Origin: Octopus bimaculoides
Lineage: Eukaryota
Reading direction: 5' to 3'
Assembly: GCF_001194135.2 (NCBI RefSeq)
Contig: NC_068981.1
Span: 112,126,615 to 112,162,225 of the forward strand
Length of the DNA: 35,611 bases
The translations under genes were made by a program, and so were the position numbers. Every line of letters begins with the position of its first letter. Position 1 is the first letter of the stretch. The notes beneath the pieces were generated by a model. The model ran no database searches, was not told the DNA's origin, and worked only from the letters and a program-made list of their open reading frames with translations. This document shows, piece after piece, positions 1-10,300 of this stretch.

Positions 1-1330
1 TTTTCACTTCTCCTCTGAGTCACATGCAGATAAAGAACCCAGCTGATTTCTTTGACAATATCACTCAGCAGAAAAAGACTGCATTCATTACTTTCATTGA
101 CATTGAAGAGGAAGATGTAATAGCTGCCATAAACGAAATGAGCTCAAATTCGGCAACTGGCCCCGATGGTTTCCCAGCTGTCCTCCTAAAGTCGTGTAAA
201 CAAGAATTAGCAGGACCACTCCGGATACTCTTCCAGAGTTTCCTTGCAAGTGGTAAACTTCCCAAAAATCTGAAGGAAGGCACCATATGTCCTATCCATA
301 AAGGCGGCAGCAAAGCAGAGGCTGGGAACTATAAGCCCATCTCTCTGATTTCACATATTAGCAAAGTCATGGAACGAATTGTCAGAAGGAGATTGATTAC
401 GTTCCAAGAAGAAAATGACTTGCTGAATGAGACCCAGCATGGTTTCCATCCAGGTAGAAGCTGCCTCACGCAGCTCTTGCAGCATTATGACTGGGTCCTG
501 AAGCAGCTACTTGACCATTCAAATGTTGATGTGATATATCTCGACTTTGCAAAAGCCTTTGACAAAGTTGATCATGGCTTGATATGTCACAAGCTACGAA
601 ACCTTGGCATAGCTGGTAAATTAGGAGAATGGCTGCATGAATTCCTGAATGGTAGAAGTCAGACAGTTGTAGCCAATGNNNNNNNNNNNNNNNNNNNNNN
701 NNNNNNNNNNNNNNNNNNNNNNNNNNNNNNNNNNNNCCGCAAGGAACTGTCCTGGGGCCACTGCTGTTCATAGTGGCCCTTCTGGACATGCCCACGGTCA
801 CTTGGAGAGCCACTGTCACTAGCTATGCTGATGACACAAAACTATCTCAGGCAATAAAGAATCCTGATGATATCACAAGCTTGCAGAATGACCTAAATGC
901 AATATACAAGTGGGCAGAGAAAAATAATATGCAGTTCAATGCAAAAAAATTTCAAGTACTGCGCTACAAGGCCACAAGTGCCTCCCAACTGACATACACA
1001 GGACCTGGAGGTACTGCAATCCCAGAACCACAAACAGTAAGAGACCTGGGCATCAACATGTGTAGTGATGCATCATTTCACATGCACATTGTCAAGTTGA
1101 CTGCAAAGTGCAGACAACTGGTAATTGACTCCTTGCCAAAATATATGAGAGACTTCCATGGAGTGGGAGTAGATGTTTTCAAGAAACAACTTGACCTCTT
1201 ACTATCCAAGATCCCATATGAACCAATATCAAGGCAGGAAACTTAAAAGAGGGCAGTGATATTGAACTCCTTCCATCACCAGAAGCCAAACCCATAGAAT
1301 TGGCCAATTAAAAGGTGATTGCAATGGCGA
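1..1330 (+). mobile_element. CR1/L2-group LINE ORF2 fragment (reverse transcriptase), running off the window start, with an internal deletion near 1122
   Basis: RT motifs ATGPDG, NYKPISLISHISKVMERIV, QHGF..GRSCLTQL, IYLDFAKAFDKVDH before the gap. PQGTVLGPLLF (from 737) and SYADDTKL after the gap. C-terminal SLPK..R...G...D.FK..LD.LL..IP.EP motif. The frame change coincides with the N gap, so it may not be a real frameshift. Confidence 0.9.
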
Positions 1331-1417
1331 TTCCTCAGCATGGTCGCAGCTTCAAGGCTGAAACATATAAAAGAAAAAAGGAATATAAATGTGTATGTAT
1401 GTATATATATATGTATA

Positions 1418-2590
1418 TCATCATCATCATCGTCGGTAAACGTCCACTTTCCATGCTGGCATGGGTTGGATGGTTTGACTGAGGGCTGGCAAACCAGAAT
1501 GCTACTCCAGGATCCAATCTGTTCTGGCAGAATTTCTACAGCTGGATACCCATCCTAATGCCAACCACTCCAAGAATGTAGTGGGTACTTTTTACGTGCC
1601 AGCCAGGCAGTACTGGCAATGATCATGTTCAAATGGTGCTCTTTATGTGCCACCGGCATGGGAGCCAGTCAGGCGGCATTGGCATCGACCACGACAATGA
1701 CTTCACTTGACTCAACAAGTCTTCACAAGTGCAGTTTAATACCCAATGATTGAAGGGTACTCTTAGATGGGCCAGTTAATCTGCACTGGCATAGGCCATG
1801 GTTACGGTCTCATTTGGCTTGCCATGTCTTCTCAAGCACAACATATCTCCAAAGGTCTCGGTCACTTGTCATTGCCTCCATGAAACCCAACGTTTGAAGT
1901 TTGTGCTTCACCACCTCATCTCTGGTCTTCCTGGGTCTACCTCTTCCGCAGGTTCCCTCTACTGCTAGGGTGTGACACTTTTTCACACAGCTATCCTCAT
2001 CCATACACAACACATGACTGTACCAGCACAGTCGTCTCTTTTGCACATGACATCTGATGCTTCTTAAGTCCAACTTTTCTCTCAGAGCACTTCCACTCTG
2101 ACGTGTATGCACACTGATATTACACATCCAGCAAAGCATACTAGCATCATTCCTTGCAAGCTTACGCATGTCGTCAGCAGTCACGGCCCATGTTTCACTG
2201 CCATTTAGCATGGCTTTTTGCACACCTGAGTCATACAGTCTACTTTTTATTCTGAGGGAGAAGCCCTTTGTCACTAACAGAGGTAGGAGCTTTCTGAACG
2301 TTGCACAGGCTATTTTTATTCTAGCAGCTACACTTTCAGAGCATCCACCCCTGCTACTGACTTAGTCACCTAGGTAACAGAAACTATCAACTTCTTGTAG
2401 TTTTTCTGCCCTGACGTGTGACAAAAGCCAAGTACAGAGGTTTATCTTTGGCTAGGTATTTCTCCTGCAGCTATCTTACCAGAAATGTCACATCAGTGGT
2501 GCTTCACCCTGTCACAAACCCAAACTGCACCGTGTCTAAACTGATACTTTCCGTAATTGTGCTGTGACCCTCACCATGACTTTCATTACC
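1418..2590 (-). mobile_element. RTE-clade LINE, 5'-truncated and internally deleted, with 3' UTR and (GAT)n tail
   Basis: ORF 1810-2274 has RLYD..V..AML.GSETW and CHTLAVEGTCGRGRPRKT, typical of the RTE ORF C-terminus. Upstream pieces encode LQEKYLAKDKPLYLAFV and LLDQVMKV. Sequence jumps from the AFV motif to KLxEVDSFCYLGD near 2415. (CAT)n at 1418-1430 is the tail. Confidence 0.9.
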
Positions 2591-2624
2591 TGATCCAACA
2601 ACTTAATACATCTGTAATTATTCA

Positions 2625-3022
2625 TATGTGCGTGTGTGTATGTATATATATATGTGTGTGTGTGTGTTATAATTTCGAACAAACAGTAAAAGGTTGCGGT
2701 TATAGTTCTCGGAGTTTTGAATGTCGGAGCAAAGAGCTACGAAGCATTCTCATTGGCTCTTAACAGCAACAGACGCTATGAACAACCATTGAATAGAAGC
2801 GAAATTACTCTAATAGGTAGAAAAAGAAGACAGACATTCGCAAACATATTCTCACAAAACATAGACATAAACCTCCTACGTTCACAACATCTACATATGT
2901 GTACACTCACACAAACATTTATATGTACATGCACATACACACACAGAAACATGAGTATGTACGTACTCATACATACACACATATATATCCAGACACACAT
3001 GCACATATGTATATATATATAT
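2625..3022. repeat. TG/TA/CA microsatellite and low-complexity tracts flanking a short unique segment (2670-2885)
   Basis: Alternating purine-pyrimidine runs at 2625-2666 and 2886-3022. Confidence 0.8.
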
Positions 3023-3998
3023 GAGACAGTTGCAGGAGAAATACCTAGCTAAGGATAAACCTCTGTACCTGGCTTTCGTTGACATGGAGAAAGCCTTTGA
3101 CAGGGTCCCCCGATCCCTTATCTGGTGGTCAATGAGGAAACTTGGGATAGAAGAATGGTTAATGAGAGCTGTGCGAGCCATGTACAGAGATGCTGCCAGT
3201 AAGGTGAGGGTTGGAAATGAGTACAGCAATGAATTCCGGGTAGAGGTAGGGGTCCACCAAGGTTCCGTCCTCAGCCCCCTCTTATTTATCATAGTCCTCC
3301 AGGCAATCACAGAGGAGTTCAAGACANNNNNNNNNNNNNNNNNNNNNNNNNNNNNNNNNNNNNNNNNNNNNNNNNNNNNNNNNNNNNNNNNNNNNNNNNN
3401 NNNNNNNNNNNNNNNNNNNNNNNNNNNNNNNNNNNNNNNNNNNNNNNNNNNNNNNNNNNNNNNNNNNNNNNNNNNNNNNNNNNNNNNNNNNNNNNNNNNN
3501 NNNNNNNNNNNNNNNNNNNNNNNNNNNNNNNNNNNNNNNNNNNNNNNNNNNNNNNNNNNNNNNNNNNNNNNNNNNNNNNNNNNNNNNNNNNNNNNNNNNN
3601 NNNNNNNNNNNNNNNNNNNNNNNNNNNNNNNNNNNNNNNNTATGTAGAAAAGGAGTAGGTAGTAACTCTATAAGATGTACCCGGTGCAAGCTATGGACAC
3701 ATAAGAGGTGCAGCAACATCAAAGGCAGGTTAACTAGCAAGTTAGTTTTTGTTTGTGGCAGATGTTCAGGTGCAATAAAGACTGTAAACAAACAGGAAAC
3801 AACTTCTATCTCATTCCAGGGTGAAAAACTAGAGGTAGTCGATAGCTTCCGCTATCTGGGCGACCAAGTTAGTAGTGGGGGTGGGTGTGCTGAAAGTGTA
3901 GCTGCTAGAATAAGAATAGCCTGGGCAAAGTTTAGAGAGCTCTTACCCCTGCTGGCGACAAAGGGACTCTCACTCAGAGTAAAAGGCAGACTGTATGA
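3023..3998 (+). mobile_element. Young RTE LINE RT fragment, truncated at both ends and spanning a gap
   Basis: RQLQEKYLAKDKPLYLAFVDMEKAFDRVPR, GVHQGSVLSPLLF before the gap. After it: TRCKLWTHKRCS, EVVDSFRYLGD, RIRIAWAKFRELLPLL, RVKGRLYD, with no stops seen in these segments. Confidence 0.92.
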
Positions 3999-4000
3999 TA

Positions 4001-4417
4001 TTCTATAGAAATTATAGCCAGTACTGATGTTTTGCTACAACGCTTCGTATCAAGACGTCAGATGTAAACAAACAATGTTGATCAGAGACAAAAATGAGTA
4101 ATGAGTGTGTATGCCATATTTTGTGGGTTTTTGCCCCTTTATTAGCACTCATCTAACCTACTCTTGCTTCTGAACACATTGTTTATATTTCCACTGTATA
4201 CAGCTTTGTAAGGTTATGGATACACCAATTTACATATTAAACGCATATTAATACTTTACAGAGTGTTTACTGGGTGCTTTTTACATGGCACCAGCAGCAG
4301 CAGCAGTTAAGTCACCAAGTAATTTGCCCATTTTTGTGTCTGATCAACATTGTTCACATCTGACATCTTGATATGAAATGTAGCAAAAAATTAGTGTTGG
4401 CTATAATTTCTGTAGAA
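4001..4417. mobile_element. MITE/foldback element with ~90 bp imperfect terminal inverted repeats
   Basis: 4001-4096 (ttctatagaaattatagcca...gttgatcagagacaaaaatg) is the reverse complement of 4329-4417 (catttttgtgtctgatcaac...ggctataatttctgtagaa), with a few substitutions and indels. No clean TSD. Confidence 0.8.
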
Positions 4418-4659
4418 ATAACTTTAACAAAATAATGTAAAGAGCACTGCTAACACAGTAGGACATGGTGTTGACTTATAAAAACATTTAATGTACTTTA
4501 TAGTTATATTATAGTTGTGTAACGAAATTCCATGTGCTTACATGTCTTTAATATTTACATACTCCTCAGCTGAGGAGGAAAGTAGTATTGAGGGACAGAG
4601 CAAAGTGTCTTTCAGAAATATGGCTACTTCAGGTGGGGAGAGAGAGAGAGAAAGAGAAT

Positions 4660-7310
4660 GTAATGAAGATGTGAGAAGGGAGGGACTACATCCAAGTTAC
4701 AAGGTATTGTTTATAGTGCAGTAGACCAGGGACTGGAGAGGGGAAAGGGTGGTTAAGTTCTCAAGATTGCGAAAGGAGAGAGGGAGATGAAGGGGGCTAG
4801 GTAGTGAGTGGACACAAATAGCCGGAGGAAATATTAAGAGGATTTGTGTGAAGGTAGGTTCACGAGGGAGATACAGGGAGGGTGGAATGCAGCAAGTGGT
4901 GAGCATGGGTGGGGAAAAGAAGTGTTGGGAAGATGGGTGTGAAAGAGAGATTTGTTAGGGGACAGATTGTATGTAGGGGGATGGGGTGAAATGAACTTAA
5001 AGGACATGCCTTTATGGCCTTGATTTTACTTAGCTGCATAGGTCTTCTCAAGCACAGCAAATTGCCAATTGGCTCACTCCATTTGTGAGGTTCAGCATCT
5101 GAAGATCATTTCTAAGTACTTCATCCCATGTCTTCCTGGATCTTCCTTTTCCACAGGTTCCTTCCATATTTAGAGATCAGCACTTCTTTATGCAGCTATC
5201 TTCATTTGTACACATGACCATACCAGTGCACTCTTCTCTCATGCACAGTACATCTCATACCTTTTATGCCTAATTTCTCTCTCTAAACATTTACACTTTA
5301 TGACGCCAACAGAGCATGCTGACTTCATTTCTTTCAAGCACATATCCTCTACAGTGACAGCCCATGTTTCATTGCCATGTAGCATGGCTGTTTGTAAACA
5401 GGCATCATACAGTCTGTCTTTTACTCTGACAAAGAGGCTCTTTGTTACCAACACAGGTAATAACTCTCTGAATTTTTCCCAACCAGTTCTTATTCTTGCA
5501 TTAGTGCTGTCAAAGCAATCCCCTACACTAATCTGGTCAAGTATCTGACAGAAACTATTTACTATTCTAAGAACCCCCTGGTCATTTCAGGAAATCTATT
5601 TGCTGTACATTCTTAGTGTTTATTGTACCTGCATATTTGCCACACACAAAGACTACTTTCTCTGTTAACATTCCCATGAAAATGCTACATCTCTTATGTG
5701 TCCATAATTTGCACTGGGAATACTGTATGGGATTTCTACTAGCACCTTCCTATCAAGCAGGGTTTTTCCACCTGAAGAGGTTAGTAATTTGTCTGCTTTC
5801 CTGCTAACTAGTATTTTGGTCCTTGCTAAATTAACTCTTAGACTCTTTGATTCAAGTCCTTATTGCCACACTTGAAATATCTTCTTTAATTCTAGTAGTG
5901 AGTCAGCTATAAGAACAAAGTCATTGGCATAGAGGACCTCCCATGGGTAGCCAATCTTATATTTCTTTGTTATGGTTTGGAGGACTATGATAAACAAGAG
6001 AGGACAGAGAACCAATTCCTGATGAACTCCTACCTGCACACTAAATTCATTGCTATTCATATTGCTGACTCTCACCTTACTGAGAGTTCCCTGTATATGA
6101 CTTGGATGGCTCTCATCAACCACTCATCTACCCCTAACTTCTATATTGCCCACCAGATGAGAAAGTGAGGGAACCTGTCAACAAATGCCAAGTAATGCTT
6201 CTCCTGCAATTGCTAAGTAGGAAGATAGCATCAGTAGTGCTTCTTCCCGGCACAAAACCAAATTGCATCCTCATTTAGGCTAACTCTCTTCCTAATTAGT
6301 TAAGCTTTCTGTAACTTTCATGACTTGGTGAAGCAATTTGATATCTCTTTTGTATTTCTGTCTAAGGCTTCTCCTTTACCTCTGAAGCAGTTGATTATAA
6401 TGCTGCTACATCATTTGTTGGGTAGAACCTCACTTCCTGGACAATCTGATTAACTATATAGGTGACTAGGCTGTATCCCACAGCACCAGGTATTTTAAGC
6501 ATTTCAACAGTAATTCCTGATGGGCTATGGGCTTTTCCTGTTTTCATGTCCTTAATTACTTTATCTATCATACTGTTGTCAACGTGGATAGCTGATCCCT
6601 CCTCTGCTGTGTCCACATTAGGAAGATTCTCATAATGACACTTCTATGCCTCTTTTCAGAATTACTAAGTGCAAGTGTACTGTCATCCATCTATACACAC
6701 TTCTCTTCTACAACATCACCATTTTCTTTGATACACTGTCTTGCAATCCAGAACACCTCATACCAGAGAACATTGGCAAACCTCTTCCTTTCTGCTTCTC
6801 CTGTAGCTAAAGGTACTTGTTACCTAGCTTCTCTTATAGCAACCTGGTATGGTGTTCTGTTACCCCAATTCTGTCAGATCTTTTAGTCCTGTTTCTTTGC
6901 TCATGTGGCTGTATACTCAACTGTTCCCCACCATATCACTGTAGAACTGGCTTGAACTTTGCACCAACTACAAATTCTGTAGGCTATCTTGTAGGAGCTT
7001 CCAGTTATCCTCTATGTTATACATCTCTGTCTCCTTCTCCTGTATGTTAAATATTTCAATTAGGACATCTCTTGACTATTCAAGGGATCCTTAATTTTCC
7101 AAATCTTTCTTTTCAAGACTGGTTTTGCTTCTTAAAATCCTTGTAGCCTGAAGTCTGAAATCACTAATGACAAACCTATGGCGAGGAGTGCATTCTTTAC
7201 CTGGGAAAGTCTTTGCATTTATGAGCAACCATCTATCCCACCTTCTGGGAATAATGTAGTCAATCTAGCTTGTGTGGCAGTCAGATACTTAAGTCACTTA
7301 GATTTTTGAT
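4660..7310 (-). mobile_element. Old, heavily mutated RTE LINE (endonuclease C-terminus through RT and a pyrimidine-rich 3' extension)
   Basis: Minus-strand remnants: IDYI...LINAKTFPGKECTPRHRFVISDFR (~7150-7250), GKAHSPSGITVEMLKI, VGVHQELVLCPLLF, YANDFVLIADS, RLYDACLQTAMLHGNETW. Many stops and frameshifts. Confidence 0.88.
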
Positions 7311-7515
7311 ACAGAGGGTGTTAGCTATTGTAATACTGTTGATGTATGTGAGAATTTAGTGGGAGAAGGGGAGAGAAGAAAGGTTTCAAGTTTAGAGGGA
7401 AGGTTTCCAGTATAGTATAAAGTTTTCTCATATAGAAGAAAGGCTTCTGTCATAGAAGGTCAAATATGAGAGAAAGGCTTCCAGTATAGGTTGTGGGGAT
7501 GGTAATGGGTGGGTG

Positions 7516-8140
7516 CATCATGATTGAACAAGCAAGTCAGCCGCATGACATGACAAGATGGAATATACAAATTTATGAGAAATGTGAGATAGATTTTCAA
7601 CACACTAAAAAATATATTTATAGGATGAAATGTACAAATTATCATGAAAGAGATGAGATATACATATTTTCAGGACAGAGACAGTATTGATGAAAGTGGG
7701 GAAGCAAACCATACAGAGTAGCCTATATTGAAGATGTTTACTAGCATTGATTTAAACAACATTGAAGACAATGTAATAGGGTAGCCTTAAGGCAGCAGAA
7801 ATACAAGTTGTAATTTAATAAAATGGCTCAAAATTAAAAGCAAGGAAAACAAATTTGAGCTTGTCTAGACAGTAGTATTATAATAGCTGGGAGTTTGGTA
7901 AATGAGAAACAAAGCAAATGAGGCAATATATTTGAAGTGGGATCAGTGACAGAAAGCTAGAGCTGGCCAATAGAAGTAGTAGCCATGCTGCCATCATTGT
8001 AAACAAGTCAGAAGGAAAAATACGAGTTTATGAGAAAGACAAGATATGTAGATTTTCAACAAAAATCTTTCATTGGACAAATTATATAAATTATAATGAA
8101 AAAGACATGATATACATATTTTCAGGGAAAAGACAGTATA
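7516..8140 (+). repeat. Degenerate direct repeat pair (7516-7688 and 7992-8140)
   Basis: Shared blocks catcat..aacaag(caag)tcag, tttatgagaaa, tagattttcaaca, aaattat.atgaaa.aga..gatatacatattttcagg..agacagtat. Confidence 0.7.
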
Positions 8141-8163
8141 GGCATACCCCAGAAAAGAGTCTG

Positions 8164-8745
8164 AGAAAATGACAAAGCAGTCATACTCTGTGATACGTCA
8201 ATTGGCACAGATAGAAAGATTGAGGCTAGTAGGGTAGATATTGTTGTCAGGGACCACCAAAAAAATAAAATGCCTTCTAATCAACATATCAGTCCCAACA
8301 GATGACAATGTATCTCTAATAGAAATGGAGAAACTCTTAAAATACTAAAATCTGGGAATAGAGATAATCTGAATTTGGGGCCTGAAGACAGAAATAATTC
8401 CTATAATAATAGCTGCATTAGCAAGGTTAATAAACCTACAGGGAAGTACATAACCAAAACACCAGGACTTTCAAATATATATAGCATATATAAAATAGTA
8501 CTGCTAGGTATTGCACAAATCCTACATGAATCACTTTCAATACAGTAAAAATAACTACACTAAAACAAACCACAGCACATATCCAAGGCACACAAAGCTA
8601 TGCTCAGTAGTACAGTGAAAATATGTAATAAAAGTAAAACTACTGAATAGTATTTTGTTGTGTCTGGGGGAAGTCATTCTCTTTTAGTGCCTTATAATTT
8701 AACACACTGAATAATAATAATAATGATATTAATAATAATAATAAC
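8164..8745 (+). mobile_element. R4/Dong-type non-LTR retrotransposon 3' end (restriction-like endonuclease domain, 3' UTR, (TAA)n tail)
   Basis: Degenerate ENDKAVILxD..I.TDRKIEAxRxDIVVRDH...CLLIxISVPTDDNVSL.EMEKL.KY..L.IEI...WGLKTEIIPIII.AL...IVLLG.AQIL..SLSIQ* (stop 8546-8548). Followed by TAA repeats at ~8710-8745. Confidence 0.8.
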
Positions 8746-8774
8746 AACAACAACGATAATGATAGGGATAATAA

Positions 8775-8775
8775 C

Positions 8776-8808
<33 letters not shown>
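8775..8808. repeat. (AGT)n microsatellite
   Basis: Direct reading. Confidence 0.95.
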
Positions 8809-8835
8809 CATTGTAAGAGTAGGATCAATAATAAT

Positions 8836-9200
8836 GTGAATTTTAATGCATGTCCTTTAGGCAATAACTATTTCCACAAGAATATTGTATATGAATGCTC
8901 AGTCCAAACACATAATATCTTCTTAGCACACAGCCACGCTGCATCTATGTGTATCATATATAGATATTTAGGAGTGACCACTGGTTGCTTCAAAAGCAGA
9001 TTGAGGAACCATATTGCCTTGTTTAGAAATAAAAACAAGGAGTATAGTACCTCCCTGTCAAAACTAATTTGGTAACTAATTATGAAGAAAATTGACTATA
9101 GTATCTCCTGATCTATCCTACAGCCACCTTTCCATTTGATGGTGGAAGTGGAATTTGCAATTTGTGGAAACAATCTGAATATTGTTATCAAGAAAGTTAA
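8836..9200 (+). mobile_element. Penelope-like element GIY-YIG endonuclease remnant
   Basis: CPL....HKNIVYECSV...YLGVTTGCFKSRLRNH...FRNKNKEYSTSLSKLIW*L..KKIDYSISxSIL...GGSGICNLC matches the Penelope GIY-YIG pattern CPL..C....VY.A.V...YIG.T...FK.R..NH..SF...Y..ST.LSK.IW..K......W.I......CNLC. Confidence 0.75.
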
Positions 9201-9498
9201 TTAATAAGTATTTGGAACTTATAAGATGCCAACATCTATTAAGAAAAACCTTCAAAAGGTATAATCCAGCCAATTTTGAATCAAGTTCTCAATAATCTAG
9301 CAACTATCATTTTAAGGACTATGTGCATCCTATTAATCTTTGAAAATATTTGTATGTTCTATAGAATTTACCATCTGAAACCCATATGCAAGGAGTTTTC
9401 CTCTGTAAAATACTTGAATGAAGCATAACCAGTAACTATCCTGGAAAATAATAACCTACTTGCTATTGTTGTACAAGGACTTAACTTTCTATATTTGG

Positions 9499-9822
9499 TC
9501 ATCATCATCATCATCATCGTTTAACGTCCGCTTTCCATGCTGGCATGGGTTGGACGGTTTGACTGAGGACTGGTGAGCCAGAGGCTGCACCACGCTCAAT
9601 CTGATCTGGCAAAGTTTCTACAGCTGGATGCCCTTCCTAACAGCAATCACTCTGAGAGTGTAGTGAGTGCTTTTACGTGCCACCGGCACGAGGGCCAGTC
9701 AGGCGGTTCTGGCAACGACCACGCTGAAAAAGTGTTTTTATGTGCTACCTGCTTGGGAGCCAGTCCGGCAGCACTGGCAATGTCCACACTTGAATGTTGT
9801 TTTTCACGTGCCACCATGCATA
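9499..9822 (-). mobile_element. RTE 3' UTR-only copy (or RTE-tailed SINE) with (GAT)n tail
   Basis: (CAT)n then cgtttaacgtccgctttccatgctggcatgggttggacggtttgac, homologous to 1418-1700 and 14155-14350. Confidence 0.85.
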
Positions 9823-9911
9823 ATCGATACATCATGTACCTTGCTTTCAATTGCATTTGACAATGAAATTTTAATCTTCCTCTACAACTCAATCAGTGGG
9901 GAACAACGAAC

Positions 9912-10300
9912 AGGTGTGGTTGTGTGGTAAAAACCTTGCTTCCTAACCACATGGTTCTGGGTTCAGTCCCACTTCGTGGCACCTTGGGCAAGTATTTTTT
10001 ATTATAGCCTCGAGCCAACTAAAGCATTGTACTTATTCTATTGGTCTATTTTGTCGAACTGCTAGGCTAGGTGGATGTAAACACACCAACATCGGTTGTC
10101 AAGTGATGGTTGGGGAACACAGACACACATATATACACAACAGGCTTCTTTCAGTTTCCGTCTACCAAATCCACTCACAAGGCTTTGGTCAGCCCAAGGC
10201 TATAGTAGAACACTCTGGCCCCAGGTGCCACACAGTGGGACTGAACCGAGAACCATGTGGTAGGGAAGCAAGCTTCTTACCACACAGCTACACTGCACCT
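9912..10300. mobile_element. Two tRNA-derived SINE copies in inverted arrangement (+ head 9912-~10035; - copy ~10036-10300)
   Basis: Head ggtgtggttgtgtggtaa...tgggttcagtcccac (A/B-box-like: gtggtaa, ggttcagtcc). Its reverse complement recurs at ~10225-10295. Homologous to 18987-19393. Confidence 0.85.

Noticed and set aside
1580-1700. Repeated ~50 bp modules with variable spacing resembling a CRISPR-like array (also 9660-9820, 13878-14022, 35000-35236)
   Set aside because: Only 2-3 degenerate units, all inside RTE 3' UTRs in eukaryotic DNA; no unique spacers or cas genes.
3021-3023. ATG starting the 208-aa ORF
   Set aside because: Created by the (TA)n/RTE junction; the RT fragment is 5'-truncated.
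4570-4632. Possible exon SAEEESSIEGQSKVSFRNMATS (cag...gt)
   Set aside because: Weak donor (gtgggg), no polypyrimidine support, no resemblance to CARMIL, and adjacent to repeat-derived sequence.
9912-9990. tRNA-like A/B boxes (also ~19310-19393 and ~30985)
   Set aside because: These are SINE heads continuing into SINE bodies; no complete cloverleaf, so not called as tRNA genes.
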